NCBI RefSeq assembly: GCF_964204645.1
Contig: NC_134028.1
Span: 27,276,345-27,340,344, forward strand
Length of the DNA stretch: 64,000 nucleotides
Source: Tubulanus polymorphus
Taxonomy: Eukaryota; Animalia; Nemertea
Direction of reading: 5' to 3'
Numbering within the stretch: the stretch's first letter is position 1; every line of letters begins with the position of its first letter. Position numbers and translations under genes: made by a program. Of the stretch, positions 26,413 to 38,900 are shown one piece after another. A model generated the notes under the pieces. The model was not told where the DNA came from and made no database searches. It saw only the letters and a program-made list of their open reading frames with translations.

Positions 26413-26837
26413 AGGTAGGGGCACACGAGCGTATTTTTTCGCCCGATCGCGGCGAATTTATAAATCGCCCGAAAAATTCGCTAGTGTGGCCACTCACGGC
26501 GACGACGATTTCGTCGGCCGACTCGATCGCCCGGTGAATCGCCTGTATCAAACATGTTTGATATTTTCGGCCGATTATTTACGCCGGCGATCGGATCGCT
26601 CGCAAATTCGCTCGTCTGCCCGCACTCAGCGAATTTCGCCGATCTATCCATTTTTATCAACCAATAGGATGCATTGTTGATATCATGTGATTCGTTAACT
26701 CTCTCCCTCTTAGTGCCAGTCGCTGACCGAATTTCGGTTTGATCGCTTTGTGTGCCCGCTCGTATCGGGCGTATAATTTCGTCGGCGAATTTAATCGTCG
26801 CGATCGGGAGAAAAAATACGCTCGTGTGTCCCTAGCT
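26413..26837. mobile_element. PIF/Harbinger-type MITE, TTA TSD
   Basis: ~40-bp TIRs (aggtaggggcacacgagcgtattttttc); TTA on both sides; single tta at the empty site 9402-9404. Confidence 0.92.
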
Positions 26838-27734
26838 TTAGGCCCTTGTCACAGACCTCTAGAAACCAGTTTCAGTGGTGTTTTAAAACCGAGTTAACCA
26901 AAATCCAAGCAGGTTTTCAGCGCAGTTCTCAAATCATTGATGCCATCATGATTTGAAAGCTTGTCAAAGATTGCAGTTCAATTTACTGTGTTTGGGACTT
27001 TGCAAAATTTCGCTGCGATGAAATTTACTGTGGAAATATCAAACATGTTTGAATGGTGCGATTCACCTGCTGCTGAGCAACGAACACGCTGCAAATTTCA
27101 TTGTGAAATCTGTAATTTCAGACGGTGTGGGAATAAATTCATATAGTGTTCCCTGCTCTAAGTCTGAACCAATTTACCGTTAAGTCTTGTATGAAAAAAA
27201 GATTGTAACACTGAAAATTCTTGGCACTAAAAGCATTTTGAATCTTGTTGAATCTGTTTTCATTTTTTATCTGATGAAGAAATAAAGATTTTCAGTGTTT
27301 TGTATTATTTCAGATGTAGGCTTAACGCTAGAGTTTTGTTTATTCTACTCAAAAGAAGGTGATGTTTAGATCAGGTTCGTTTAGTTACTCTTATTCATGT
27401 CGAATATTTGATATGATTTTTGTGAATTGCTCTAATGATGTTATAATGAACGTTGTTTGATTTTTTTTCAGTCTAATGGAGGAGGATTTCAATAACTGAA
27501 ACCTGCGACACGTCTACACCTGAAATTGACTGCGCGTCAAATGAATGAATTATTGAATGTAAATGACTGTGATGTTTAATGCTGATTAGAGGATTTGGAC
27601 CAGGGTGTCTGATATATACTGATGAATAGTTACTACATGATCGCCACCTATTGGAATTTTGCTGAACTACCAAATTATTGGATTGAACAGTATATCACAG
27701 ACGCCATCTATTGGAAATTTAGAAATTTATGTCT

Positions 27735-28995
27735 TGAGTGTCAAAATAAACGTAAAATTTATTTTAGATAAACACTTAAAATCTTTCCCAAGTTGAGTCT
27801 GAACTGTTTGTTTTGATCTGAATGTAGTCGATCACAATATCTGAGTGACTGTCAAAACCCTTTCAGGATTGGCACTTAACTATCCTATGAGTACAGAGAT
27901 GATTTTGATAAAACCAGTGTCTCTGGTAAACTTTGCATCATCCAGAATCTACTCAACCAAAATAAAGAAACTTGAAACCAAATTTGAGAATCTATATGCG
28001 TTGTCATGGTGATGGCAAGGTGAAATTCTGGATCTGAGTTCGGGGAAAATAGTAATTCCTCAAAACAGAGCCAAATTTCATACTGAAATGAATAACTACA
28101 CTTATTTTCATCGATATGATAACAAAATGAATTTATTTGAGCAAAATATTTCATAGAAATTTGTCACAAAAATATAGAACTTGACCTCGAATGATATGAA
28201 AGGGTGTTGAGTCTGGGTGACCTGTAGATACTTCAGATCGCACAGATGATGATGATGATGATGATGATGAAAACTGTTATTTGTGTTCTCCTCTTCTTCA
28301 GAATCAGACTATAAATAGATCAAGAAAAGATATCTGTATTTTTATTTTAAGAGTCATTATCAGGCCACACCGAGGGGTAGGGTGAGAGGTTTGAGACGGA
28401 AAACCCGATTCATAATAAATGAATGGTCCCACATCTCAAATATTACTACATATATTACTAAAACATCCTAAAATCCAGTTGCTACCTGGTTCAAGTTGAC
28501 GTGTTTTGACTACATGTTATTTGACCAGTAACTTTGTGCCCCACACCAAATCCAGATCTATCAAAGTGACGTAGTAAACAGTACCAAACAATATATCTAC
28601 CCGTACCTGAATTGAGGGATCACTTGTTCACCTCATTGCCAAACAGTTATTCGGGCTGGAACTCCCTGATGACTGCAGTTATTTAGTAGAGCATCACCCT
28701 GAAATAAACACAGAAACCTGTCTGTCAGAGAAAGCACTCTAAAATCCAGGGTATCCACCGCGGGGTCAAATCTGTAAACAGTATCTCATGAGACCAGTAT
28801 TAAGCGCCTAATCGTATCGAAGGAGTCTCTACGAACCTGTTCGCTGGACGTTCGTCGCCCGATAGTTTATCGAGACAATTATATGCCCTCCATATGATTT
28901 CTTCAGTCAGTTTTTATGTCACATCGTCTCGTGTACGCCGCCGTCTCTATAATGAGATCACAAACATAGACTCGCCCAGTGAGAGGGTAGTCGGC
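27735..28995 (+). repeat. Duplicated blocks matching 7730-8210/10480-10930 and 11490-11800; ~300-bp core present four times (7880, 10480, 24990, 27895)
   Basis: Shared aaactttgcatcattc...gagcaaaata core and ctacgaacctgttcg...ccagtgagagggtagtcg. Confidence 0.8.
28607..28770 (-). repeat. Inverted copy of 9237-9392
   Basis: Reverse-complement match spanning putative exon 9303-9390. Confidence 0.85.
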
Positions 28996-29249
28996 GTCTT
29001 CAAGTCCCGACTTCCAGAATATCATTAAAAAAACTACCATTAACCAGTATAAACACCCCTAAAACCTCAATCAGTTAAGTATCAAGGCTGAAACAACCCC
29101 CCACTCGATATTTCAAGAGAAAACGTATCAAATACGCCCAGCCCATCCCGCTGTCGCAATAGCTCATCCCCCTATTGTTGCAACACAATAGAACACGCCA
29201 CAATTGAAATATCCCTCGCACTAGCAATAGACGATATCCCCCAATTGAG

Positions 29250-29385
29250 ATCGATTAGCCAATCAGCGGCCGCGTACTAAAGCGTGTCTGGACTTGTCGC
29301 AGGCGCCGGGAAATTCGATTTCAGCAATAAATCGAAATATCAGTCGAATCGTGCGCCATCTTTCGCTATTCTGATTGGATTTCAC
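29250..29385 (+). promoter_or_regulatory. Candidate Pol II promoter with paired CCAAT boxes in a CpG-rich patch
   Basis: ttagccaatcagcggccgcg (~29255) and ctgattgga (~29371); downstream GTAAGT donor at 29609. Confidence 0.5.
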
Positions 29386-30004
29386 TCGCAAAGGAATACA
29401 ATACGGAGAAAATGTTTTATAGGAGGTTTTTAGTGAATAAATGGAATATTTTCAATCGAAATGTGATAAAAATATTGCTATTTTGCGAGTGGATTTCATG
29501 AAAATTCTTAGACTGGACACGGAATTAAATTTACTTCAAAACGTGGGATTGGATGAACTTAAATAATCACTGGATCCACGTCGGAATCTGAGAAAAAGTT
29601 GCAGTTGTGTAAGTAAGTTTTTTTTGGTATCAACGATGGATTTATTATTCTATACTTTAGGGATATGTTTTTCTTGAACAATATTTAGAAAGTAAGGCAA
29701 AGTTTGAAATTTGTTCGTTACAAAATGCAACTTAAATTTACTAACGACTGGACTAATTTGACCCAACAATCAATATAGTGCTTTATGCATAGATTCTGCG
29801 CGATATTTCTCTTTAAAAAAAACCTCAGTCATCCTCATTAATCTGGTTGTCTAGTTGACTGATACAAATTACGTAACAGTAAAACAACAAACTGCGTTAC
29901 GATGATGAACTGTGTTTTTATGTCGGTTTGATAGTTTATACGAGTTGAATTTACATAAATAGATTATTAGGAATTAAACTCAGGAATATTTTGAGAGAGA
30001 CCCA

Positions 30005-30120
30005 GTAAGAGAGCGGTGCCGCATTAGAGACACAGGGTGGGGTAAGAGAGCGGTGCCGCATTAGAGACACAGGGTGGGGTAAGAGAGCGGTGCCGCATTA
30101 TAGACACAGGGCGGGGTAAG
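30005..30120. repeat. 37-bp tandem repeat x3
   Basis: gtaagagagcggtgccgcattagagacacagggtggg at 30005, 30042, 30079. Confidence 0.92.
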
Positions 30121-31365
30121 CTGTGTTTTAGGTCGCGCTCTATTATCAACTACATCTCATTTTGCTGATAATCACTGATCAGCTCTTACAGTAACTCATT
30201 ATACTAGTTTGATTCTTGATATAAAGAAAAGTCGAGGGCAGTAGGGATTTGTACTGGCATCAGGGGTAGATAGCAGATTGCAGAACTAGTTTCACTCATT
30301 TCAGTATGAATCAGTTATGACAAAATGAGACAATTTGTAGACTGCGTTATGTTTTCCAGGGTTTGATTAGCTTAAAGTTGTATGATCGACAAATTGGTTA
30401 CACATATTATTAATGTACTGATCTAAAGTTTATACATTGGTTAAATGGGACATTCGAAATAAATTCAAGTTAAATGATTTTCAACTAATAAAACTACGAT
30501 AGCGGTGTTGCATAAGTTCATCACGCAGGAACCTGTCACAAAATCATACACAGATACATTCAGTATTAAAACGGTCCAGTTTGAGATGATATTGATATTG
30601 TATTGTTAATGATTAACGTATAGTGACCTGCATTGAGTTTACGATGTAAAGAAGATGATTTATAGTCTCGTGAAATGTGTCAAATGTCATTGTTTATTGT
30701 TCTCGGACAATACGATACAAATGCCTACGTGATGCGCGTTCAAACGGTTTCATCCAGTTCAGATATTCATATTTTGTATCAGTTAGCCAAACACCGACGA
30801 GTATGACTAACTTTGTATCCAATCACTGACGAGTATGACTAATTATGCGTCGAATCATTGATGAGGATATTTTGGAAGCTGGACCCGGTGTTGGCGGCGC
30901 CGACGCCTCATGAAAATATAAATTAATCATTAAAATTCAAATTTCAAGTTAAATAATCAATTGCTATAAGATATTTCTATAGTATCTGATTTATACTGAT
31001 ACATACTTCATGCAGTTCGTAATGGATTGATTTCACCAGAGCCGCGCAGTTTATAGAGCGAAGATGGATTATGACCAGTGACCCAATAGTTAGATAATAT
31101 GAAATATGAAGCTTCATTGTGTTCGACCATTCTTGTCGTTCGTTGTGTCCAGCACAGATTATTACATCTGGGTGTCAAGTGTACATTATTCGTATGACTG
31201 TCGGACTTAGAGGTGCTCGCACGTCATGACTACAGTAAAAATCAGACATTTTAACATACCTACCTCTTGTGAACATATATACGAATTTATTCTGAATGGA
31301 ATCGATTAATATGACCTGTTCTCAAAAACTGTGAACTGTTACTGGAAACTAAATTTCTTATTCAG

Positions 31366-31451
31366 GATTCCGGCACGTTATTGAAAACACAAGGATTCAA
31401 ATTGACTCAAAGATTATCATTGGATTCAACACACACAGGATTGGATAAACT
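31366..31451 (+). other. Putative internal exon (86 bp)
   Basis: tttcttattcAG|...|GTAAGT. Confidence 0.45.
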
Positions 31452-31469
31452 GTAAGTTAGAAAAAAATT

Positions 31470-32159
31470 AACAGCTGAAATTATGTTTTATAGGTTTAGT
31501 AAGTTATTAGGAACTTACTCGGTGAGTTAGTAAGTTATAGTATTACATGGAAATATAATGGGTTAATTTAAGTGATGAAATTAGGGTGCTATGCGTGGTG
31601 TCCTGGGAGTTCTCAGTTGGAGGAAGCTGTTTGTTTATTCTGATGCTTAATATCTTAATTTCAGGATCCTGTATTTCATGCTTCTTTTTTTTCCAGGGTT
31701 TCTCTCTATTCTATTTCCAGGTGATTTTCTTTTTTTCAGAATTTCGGTTTTTTAAATCTATTGCTTTACTAGACAACGCCTATTATGTAAATAAATTATT
31801 TGAAATAAACATGACAATTTCAGGGTCATCGCTGAGACAAGACCCCAGAGGACTAGGCCACAGAGTACGTGTCTTCACCCCCAGCACACAAAAGAGTGGT
31901 CCGATTCAGGTGCGGCCTGTATATTCTATTTCAGTGAAAAGACCAAGACCCCCCTAGTCACAGAAGATTGAACCTGAAGTTGAATGATGATGACAGAGTG
32001 ACTGAAGAACTCCGGTGCGACCTGTATAACATGTCTCTATTTCAGTATCCCCCTCCCTAACCCCTAAACCCGAGCCCGAATAGGTAGGCCGAATATATAT
32101 AGGTTAGGTTAGAATAGTTAGTTGATAAATCTGTGAATTGAAACATAATTTCAGCTGTT
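31470..32159. mobile_element. ~690-bp non-autonomous DNA element with 19-bp perfect TIRs
   Basis: aacagctgaaattatgttt (31470) / aaacataatttcagctgtt (32141). Confidence 0.6.
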
Positions 32160-32913
32160 GATATAAAATGCAGTTGTAATTTCAAGTGGAACCTTTTAAC
32201 AATAAAAAGTTGCATTTATTTACAATGAACTGGATTGAAAATGTTTGACAGTTTGTGAGTTAAGTGTGATTTGATTAAGATGAAGAGTTGAACTGTTGAA
32301 CTCTACTTCTTATAAAATACAAATGACATTTACTTACGTACAACTGGTTTCAGGTTCAGACAGCACCCACCCCACCCGGTCGGGTCCTATTCCTGTGGTA
32401 CCTGGGTTTCTGGTTTATTTGGTTGAATTAATTTACTGATTTTGGTCGCGCTGTTTTTGATGTCGATATTTCTCGCGTATATTTTTAGAAGACGCAGTTT
32501 GTAATGTTGAAGTTTAGTTTAATTGATGATTCAAATCATTGAATAATTATATATTTAAATAATCCACACCTTGTTATTTTGAGGTCTCCTCTCAAATTAA
32601 TCTCGTAATAGCAGCGGTTGTTTTCGTACCATTGAACATCAGTGTTTTATTGCAAACATAGAAATTCATTACATGAAACAGAATTAGAGTCAACAATTTA
32701 TTACTATTATTCTATAGATTATAAATGTTGGATGTGGCTCGACCTTTAAGTCATCATTTCAAAGTCGTTTCGTGCTGTTTGATTTTTCTCACGGCAAGTC
32801 TAGGTAGGTAGGTCTCTGCCTATTGTAATTTTACGGGGTCAGTTACTCCAATTTCACGACCCTCTTATTGTATTAAAGAAGTTTCAAAATTCACGATGAA
32901 CAATAGATTCTCA

Positions 32914-35900
32914 GAATCAGAATTTTCTGGCTGCTTTTGGTTCTGAAGATGATGAATTCTATCTTAATTGATGGGTTAGGGTGTACTGAACTGATTTTCA
33001 ATAGATTGGCTGAAAGATTCAGAATTTTCTGGCTACTTATGCTTCTGAAGTTGATGGATTCAAACTGAAAAGATGGGTTAAGGCGTATTGAACTGATTTC
33101 AAATAGATAGGTTGAAAGAACCAGAATTTTCTGGCTGCTTTTGGTTCTGAAGATGATGGATTCAATCTGAAAAGATGGGTTAAGGCGTATTGAACTGATT
33201 TCAAATAGATAGGTGGAAAGATTCAGAATTTTCTGGGTACTTATGCTCCTGAAGATGATGGACTCGATCTGAAATGATAGGTTAAGGTAAACTGAACTGA
33301 TTTCGAGTAGATGGACTGAAAGATACAGATTTTTCTTGCAAAGTAGGGTCCTAAAGATGATGAGTTCTATCTTAATTGATTGGTTAGGGTGTACTGAACT
33401 GATTTCAAATAGATAGGTGGAAAGATTAAGAATTTTCTGGCTATTTATGCTCCTGAGGATGATGCACTCGATCTGAAATGATAGGTTAAGGTAGACTGAA
33501 CTGATTTCGAGTAGATGGACTGAAAGATACAGATTTTTCTTGCAAAATAGGGTCCTAAAGATGATGAGTTCTATCTTAATTGATGAGTTAGGGTGTACTG
33601 AACTGATTTCAAATAGATAGGTTGAAAGAATCAGAATTTTCTGGCTGCTTTTGGTTCTGATGATGATGGATTCAATTTGAAAAGATGTGTTAAGGCGTAT
33701 TGAACTGATTTCAAATAGATAGGTGGAAAGATTAAGAATTTTCTGGCTATTTATGCTCCTGAGGATGATGCACTCGATCTGAAATGATAGGTTAAGGTAG
33801 ACTGAACTGATTTCGAGTAGATGGACTGAAAGATACAGATTTTTCTTGAAAAATAGGGTCCTAAAGATGATGAGTTCTATCTTAATTGATGGGTTAGGGT
33901 GTACTGAACTGATTTCAAATAGATAGGTGGAAAGATTAAGAATTTTCTGGCTATTTATGCTCCTGAAGATGATGGACTCGATCTGAAATGATAGGTTAAG
34001 GTAAACTGAACTGATTTCGAGTAGATGGACTGAAAGATACAGATTTTTCTTGCAAAATAGGGTCCTAAAGATGATGAATTCTATCTTAATTGATGGGTTA
34101 GGGTGAACTGAACTGATTTCAAATAGATAGGTGGAAAGAATCAGAATTTTCTGGCTGCCTTTGGTTCTGAAGATGATGGACTCAATCTGAAAAGATCGGC
34201 TAAGGCGTATTGAACTGATTTCAAATAGATAGGTGGAAAGATTAAGAATTTTCTGGCTATTTATGCTCCTGAAGATGATGGACTCGATCTGAAATGATAG
34301 GTTAAGGCGTATTGAACTGATTTCAAATAGATAGATGGAAAGATTAAGAATTTTCTGGCTATTTATGCTCCTGAAGATGATGGACTCGATTTGAAATGAT
34401 AGGTTAAGGTAAACTGAACTGATTTCGAGTAGATGGACTGAAAGATACAGATTTTTCTTGCAAAATAGGGTCCTAAAGATGATGAATTCTATCTTAATTG
34501 ATGGGTTAGGGTGAACTGAACTGATTTCAAATAGATAGGTTGAAAGAATCAGAATTTTCTGGCTGCTTTTGGTTCTGAAGATGATGGATTCAATTCGAAA
34601 AGATGTGTTAAGGCGTATTGAACTGATTTCAAATAGATAGGTGGAAAGATTAAGAATTTTCTGGCTATTTATGCTCCTGAGGATGATGCACTCGATCTGA
34701 AATGATAGGTTAAGGTCGACTGAACTGATTTCGAGTAGATGGACTGAAAGATACAGATTTTTCTTGCAAAATAGGGTCCTAAAGATGATGAGTTCTATCT
34801 TAATTGATGGGTTAGGGTGTACTGAACTGATTTCAAATAGATAGGTGGAAAGATTAAGAATTTTCTGGCTATTTATGCTCCTGAAGATGATGGACTCGAT
34901 CTGAAATGATAGGTTAAGGTAAACTGAACTGATTTCGAGTAGATGGACTGAAAGATACAGATTTTTCTTGCAAAATAGGGTCCTAAAGATGATGAATTCT
35001 ATCTTAATTGATGGGTTAGGGTGAACTGAACTGATTTCAAATAGATAGGTGGAAAGAATCAGAATTTTCTGGCTGCCTTTGGTTCTGAAGATGATGGACT
35101 CAATCTGAAAAGATCGGCTAAGGCGTATTGAACTGATTTCAAATAGATAGGTGGAAAGATTAAGAATTTTCTGGCTATTTATGCTCCTGAAGATGATGGA
35201 CTCGATCTGAAATGATAGGTTAAGGCGTATTGAACTGATTTCAAATAGATAGATGGAAAGATTAAGAATTTTCTGGCTATTTATGCTCCTGAAGATGATG
35301 GACTCGATTTGAAATGATAGGTTAAGGTAAACTGAACTGATTTCGAGTAGATGGACTGAAAGATACAGATTTTTCTTGCAAAATAGGGTCCTAAAGATGA
35401 TGAATTCTATCTTAATTGATGGGTTAGGGTGAACTGAACTGATTTCAAATAGACGGAAAGAATCAGAATTTTCTGGCTGCCTTTGGTTCTGAAGATGATG
35501 GACTCAATCTGAAAAGATGGGCTAAGGCGTATTGAACTGATTTCAAATAGATAGGTGGAAAGATTAAGAATTTTCTGGCTATTTATGCTCCTGAAGATGA
35601 TGGACTCGATCTGAAATGATAGGTTAAGGTAAACTGAACTGATTTCGAGTAGGTGGACTGAAAGATACAGATTTTTCTTGCAAAATAGGGTCCTAAAGAT
35701 GATGAGTTCTATCTTAATTGATGGGTTAGGGTGTACTGAACTGATTTCAAATAGATAGGTGGAAAGATTCAGAATTTTCTGGGTACTTATCCTCCTGAAG
35801 ATGATGGACTCGATCTGAAATGATAGGGTAAGGTAAACTGAACTGATTTCGAGTAGATGGACTGAAAGATACAGATTTTTCTTGCAAAATAGGGTCCTAG

Positions 35901-38900
35901 AGATGATGAATTCTATCTTAATTGATGGGTTAGGATGTACTGAACTGATTTCAAATAGATAGGTTGAAAGAATCAGAATTTTCTGGCTGCCTTTGGTTCT
36001 GAAGATGATGGACTCAATCTGAAAAGATGGGCTAAGGCGTATTGAACTGATTTCAAATAGATAGGTGGAAAGATTAAGAATTTTCTGGCTATTTATGCTC
36101 CTGAAGATGATGGACTCGATCTGAAATGATAGGTTAAGGCGTATTGAACTGATTTCAAATAGATAGATGGAAAGATTAAGAATTTTCTGGCTATTTATGC
36201 TCCTGAAGATGATGGACTCGATCTGAAATGATAGGTTAAGGTAAACTGAACTGATTTCGAGTAGATGGACTGAAAGATACAGATTTTTCTTGTAAAATAG
36301 GGTCCTAAAGATGATGAATTCTATCTTAATTGTTGGGTTAGGGTGTACTGAACTGATGTTCAATAGATTGGTTGAAAGATTCAGAATTTTCTGACTACTT
36401 ATACTTCTGAAGTTGATTGATTCAATCTGAAAAGATGGGTTAAGGCGTATTGAACTGATTTCAAATAGATAGGTGGAAAGATTAAGAATTTTCTGGCTAT
36501 TTATGCTCCTGAAGATGATGGACTCGATCTGAAATGATAGGTTAAGGTAAACTGAACTGATTCCGAGTAGATGGGATGAAAGATACAGATTTTTGTTGCA
36601 AAATAGGGTCCTAAAGATGATGAATTCTATCTTAATTAATGGGTTAGGGTGTAATGAACTGATGTCAAATAGATAGGTTGAAAGAATCAGAATTTTCTGG
36701 CTGCTTTTGGTTCTGAAGATGATGGATTCAATCTGAAAAGATGGGTTTAGGCGAATTGAACTGATTTCAAATAGATAGGTGGAAAGATTCAGAATTTTCT
36801 GGCTATTTATGCTCCTGAAGATGATGGACTCGATCTGAAACGATAGGATAAGGTAAACTGAACTGATTTCGAGTAGATGGACTGAAAGATACAGATTTTT
36901 CTTGCAAAATAGGGTCCTAAAGATGATGAATTCTATCTTAATTGATGGGTTAGGGTGTACTGAACGGATTTCAAATAGATAGGTTGAAAGAATCAGAATT
37001 TTCTGGCTGCTTTTGGTTCTGAAGATGATGGATTCAATCTGAAAAGATGTGTTAAGGCGTATTGAACTGATTACAAATAGATAGGTGGAAAGATTCAGAA
37101 TTTTCTGGGTACTTATGCTCCTGAAGATGATGGACTCGATCTGAAATGATAGGTTAAGGTAAACTGAACTGATTTCGAGTAGATGGACTGAAAGATACAG
37201 ATTTTTCTTGCAAAGTAGGGTCCTAAAGATGATGAGTTCTATCTTAATTGATTGGTTAGGGTGTACTGAACTGATTTCAAATAGATAGGTGGAAAGATTA
37301 AGAATTTTCTGGCTATTTATGCTCCTGAAGATGATGGACTCGATCTGAAACGATAGGTTAAGGTAAACTGAACTGATTTCGTGTAGATGGACTGAAAGAT
37401 ACAGATTTTTCTTGCAAAATAGGGTCCTAAAGATGATGAATTCTATCTTAATTGATGGGTTAGGGTGTACTGAACTGATTTCAAATAGATAGGTTGAAAG
37501 AATCAGAATTTTCTGGCTGCTTTTGGTTCTGAAGATGATGGATTCAACCTGAAAAGATGTGTTAAGGCGTATTGAACTGATTTCAAATAGATAGGTGGAA
37601 AGATTCAGAATCTTCTGGGTACTTATGCTCCTGAAGATGATGGACTCGATCTGAAATGATAGGTTAAGGCAAACTGAACTGATTTCGAGTAGATGGACTG
37701 AAAGATACAGATTTTTCTTGCAAAATAGGGTCCTAAAGATGATGAGTTCTATCTTAATTGATGGGTTAGGGTGTACTGAACTGATTTCAAATAGATAGGT
37801 TGAAAGAATCAGAATTTTCTGGCTGCTTTTGGTTCTGAAGATGATGGATTCAATTTGAAAAGATGTGTTGAGGCGTATTGAACTGATTTCAAATAGATAG
37901 GTGGAAAGATTAAGAATTTTCTGGCTATTTATGCTCCTGAGGATGATGCACTCGATCTGAAATGATAGGTTAAGGTAGACTGAACTGATTTCGAGTAGAT
38001 GGACTGAAAGATACAGATTTTTCTTGCAAAATAGGGTCCTAAAGATGATGAGTTCGATCTTAATTGATGGGTTAGGGTGTAACTGAACTGAATTCAAATA
38101 GATAGGTGGAAAGATTAAGAATTTTCTGGCTATTTATGCTCCTGAAGATGATGGACTCGATCTGAAACGATAGGTTAAGGTAAACTGAACTGATTTCGAA
38201 TAGATGGACTGAAAGATACAGATTTTTCTTGCAAAATAGGGTCCTAAAGATGATGAATTCTATCTTAATTGATGGGATAGGGTGTACTGAACTGATTTCA
38301 AATACATAGGTTGAAAGAATCAGAATTTTCTGGCTGCTTTTGGTTCTGAAGATGATGGATTCAATCTGAAAAGATGTGTTAAGGCGTATTGAACTGATTT
38401 CAAATAGATAGGTGGAAAGATTAAGAATTTTCTGGCTATTTATGCTCCTGAAGATGATGGACTCGATCTGAAACGATAGGTTAAGGTAAACTGAACTGAT
38501 TCCGAGTAGATGGGATGAAAGATACAGATTTTTGTTGCAAAATAGGGTCCTAAAGATGATGAATTCTATCTTAATTAATGGGTTAGGGTGTAATGAACTG
38601 ATGTCAAATAGATAGGTTGAAAGAATCAGAATTTTCTGGCTGCTTTTGGTTCTTAAGATGATGGATTCAATCTGAAAAGATGGGATTGAACTGATTTCAA
38701 ATAGATAGGTGGAAAGATTCAGAATTTTCTGGCTATTTATGCTCCTGAAGATGATGGACTCGATCTGAAACGATAGGTTAAGGTAAACTGAACTGATTTC
38801 GAGTAGATGGACTGAAAGATACAGATTTTTCTTGCAAAAGAGGGTCCTAAAGGTGATGAATTCTATCTTAATTGATGGGTTAGGGTGTACTGAACTGATT

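Larger units (their letters stand above)
24990..27600 (+). repeat. Segmental duplication block B'
   Basis: Matches 7880-10150. Confidence 0.9.

Noticed and set aside
31586-32045. 123-aa ORF and apparent 25/31-nt mini-introns
   Set aside because: Lies inside a TIR-bounded element; low-complexity F-rich translation, and the 'introns' are internal repeats
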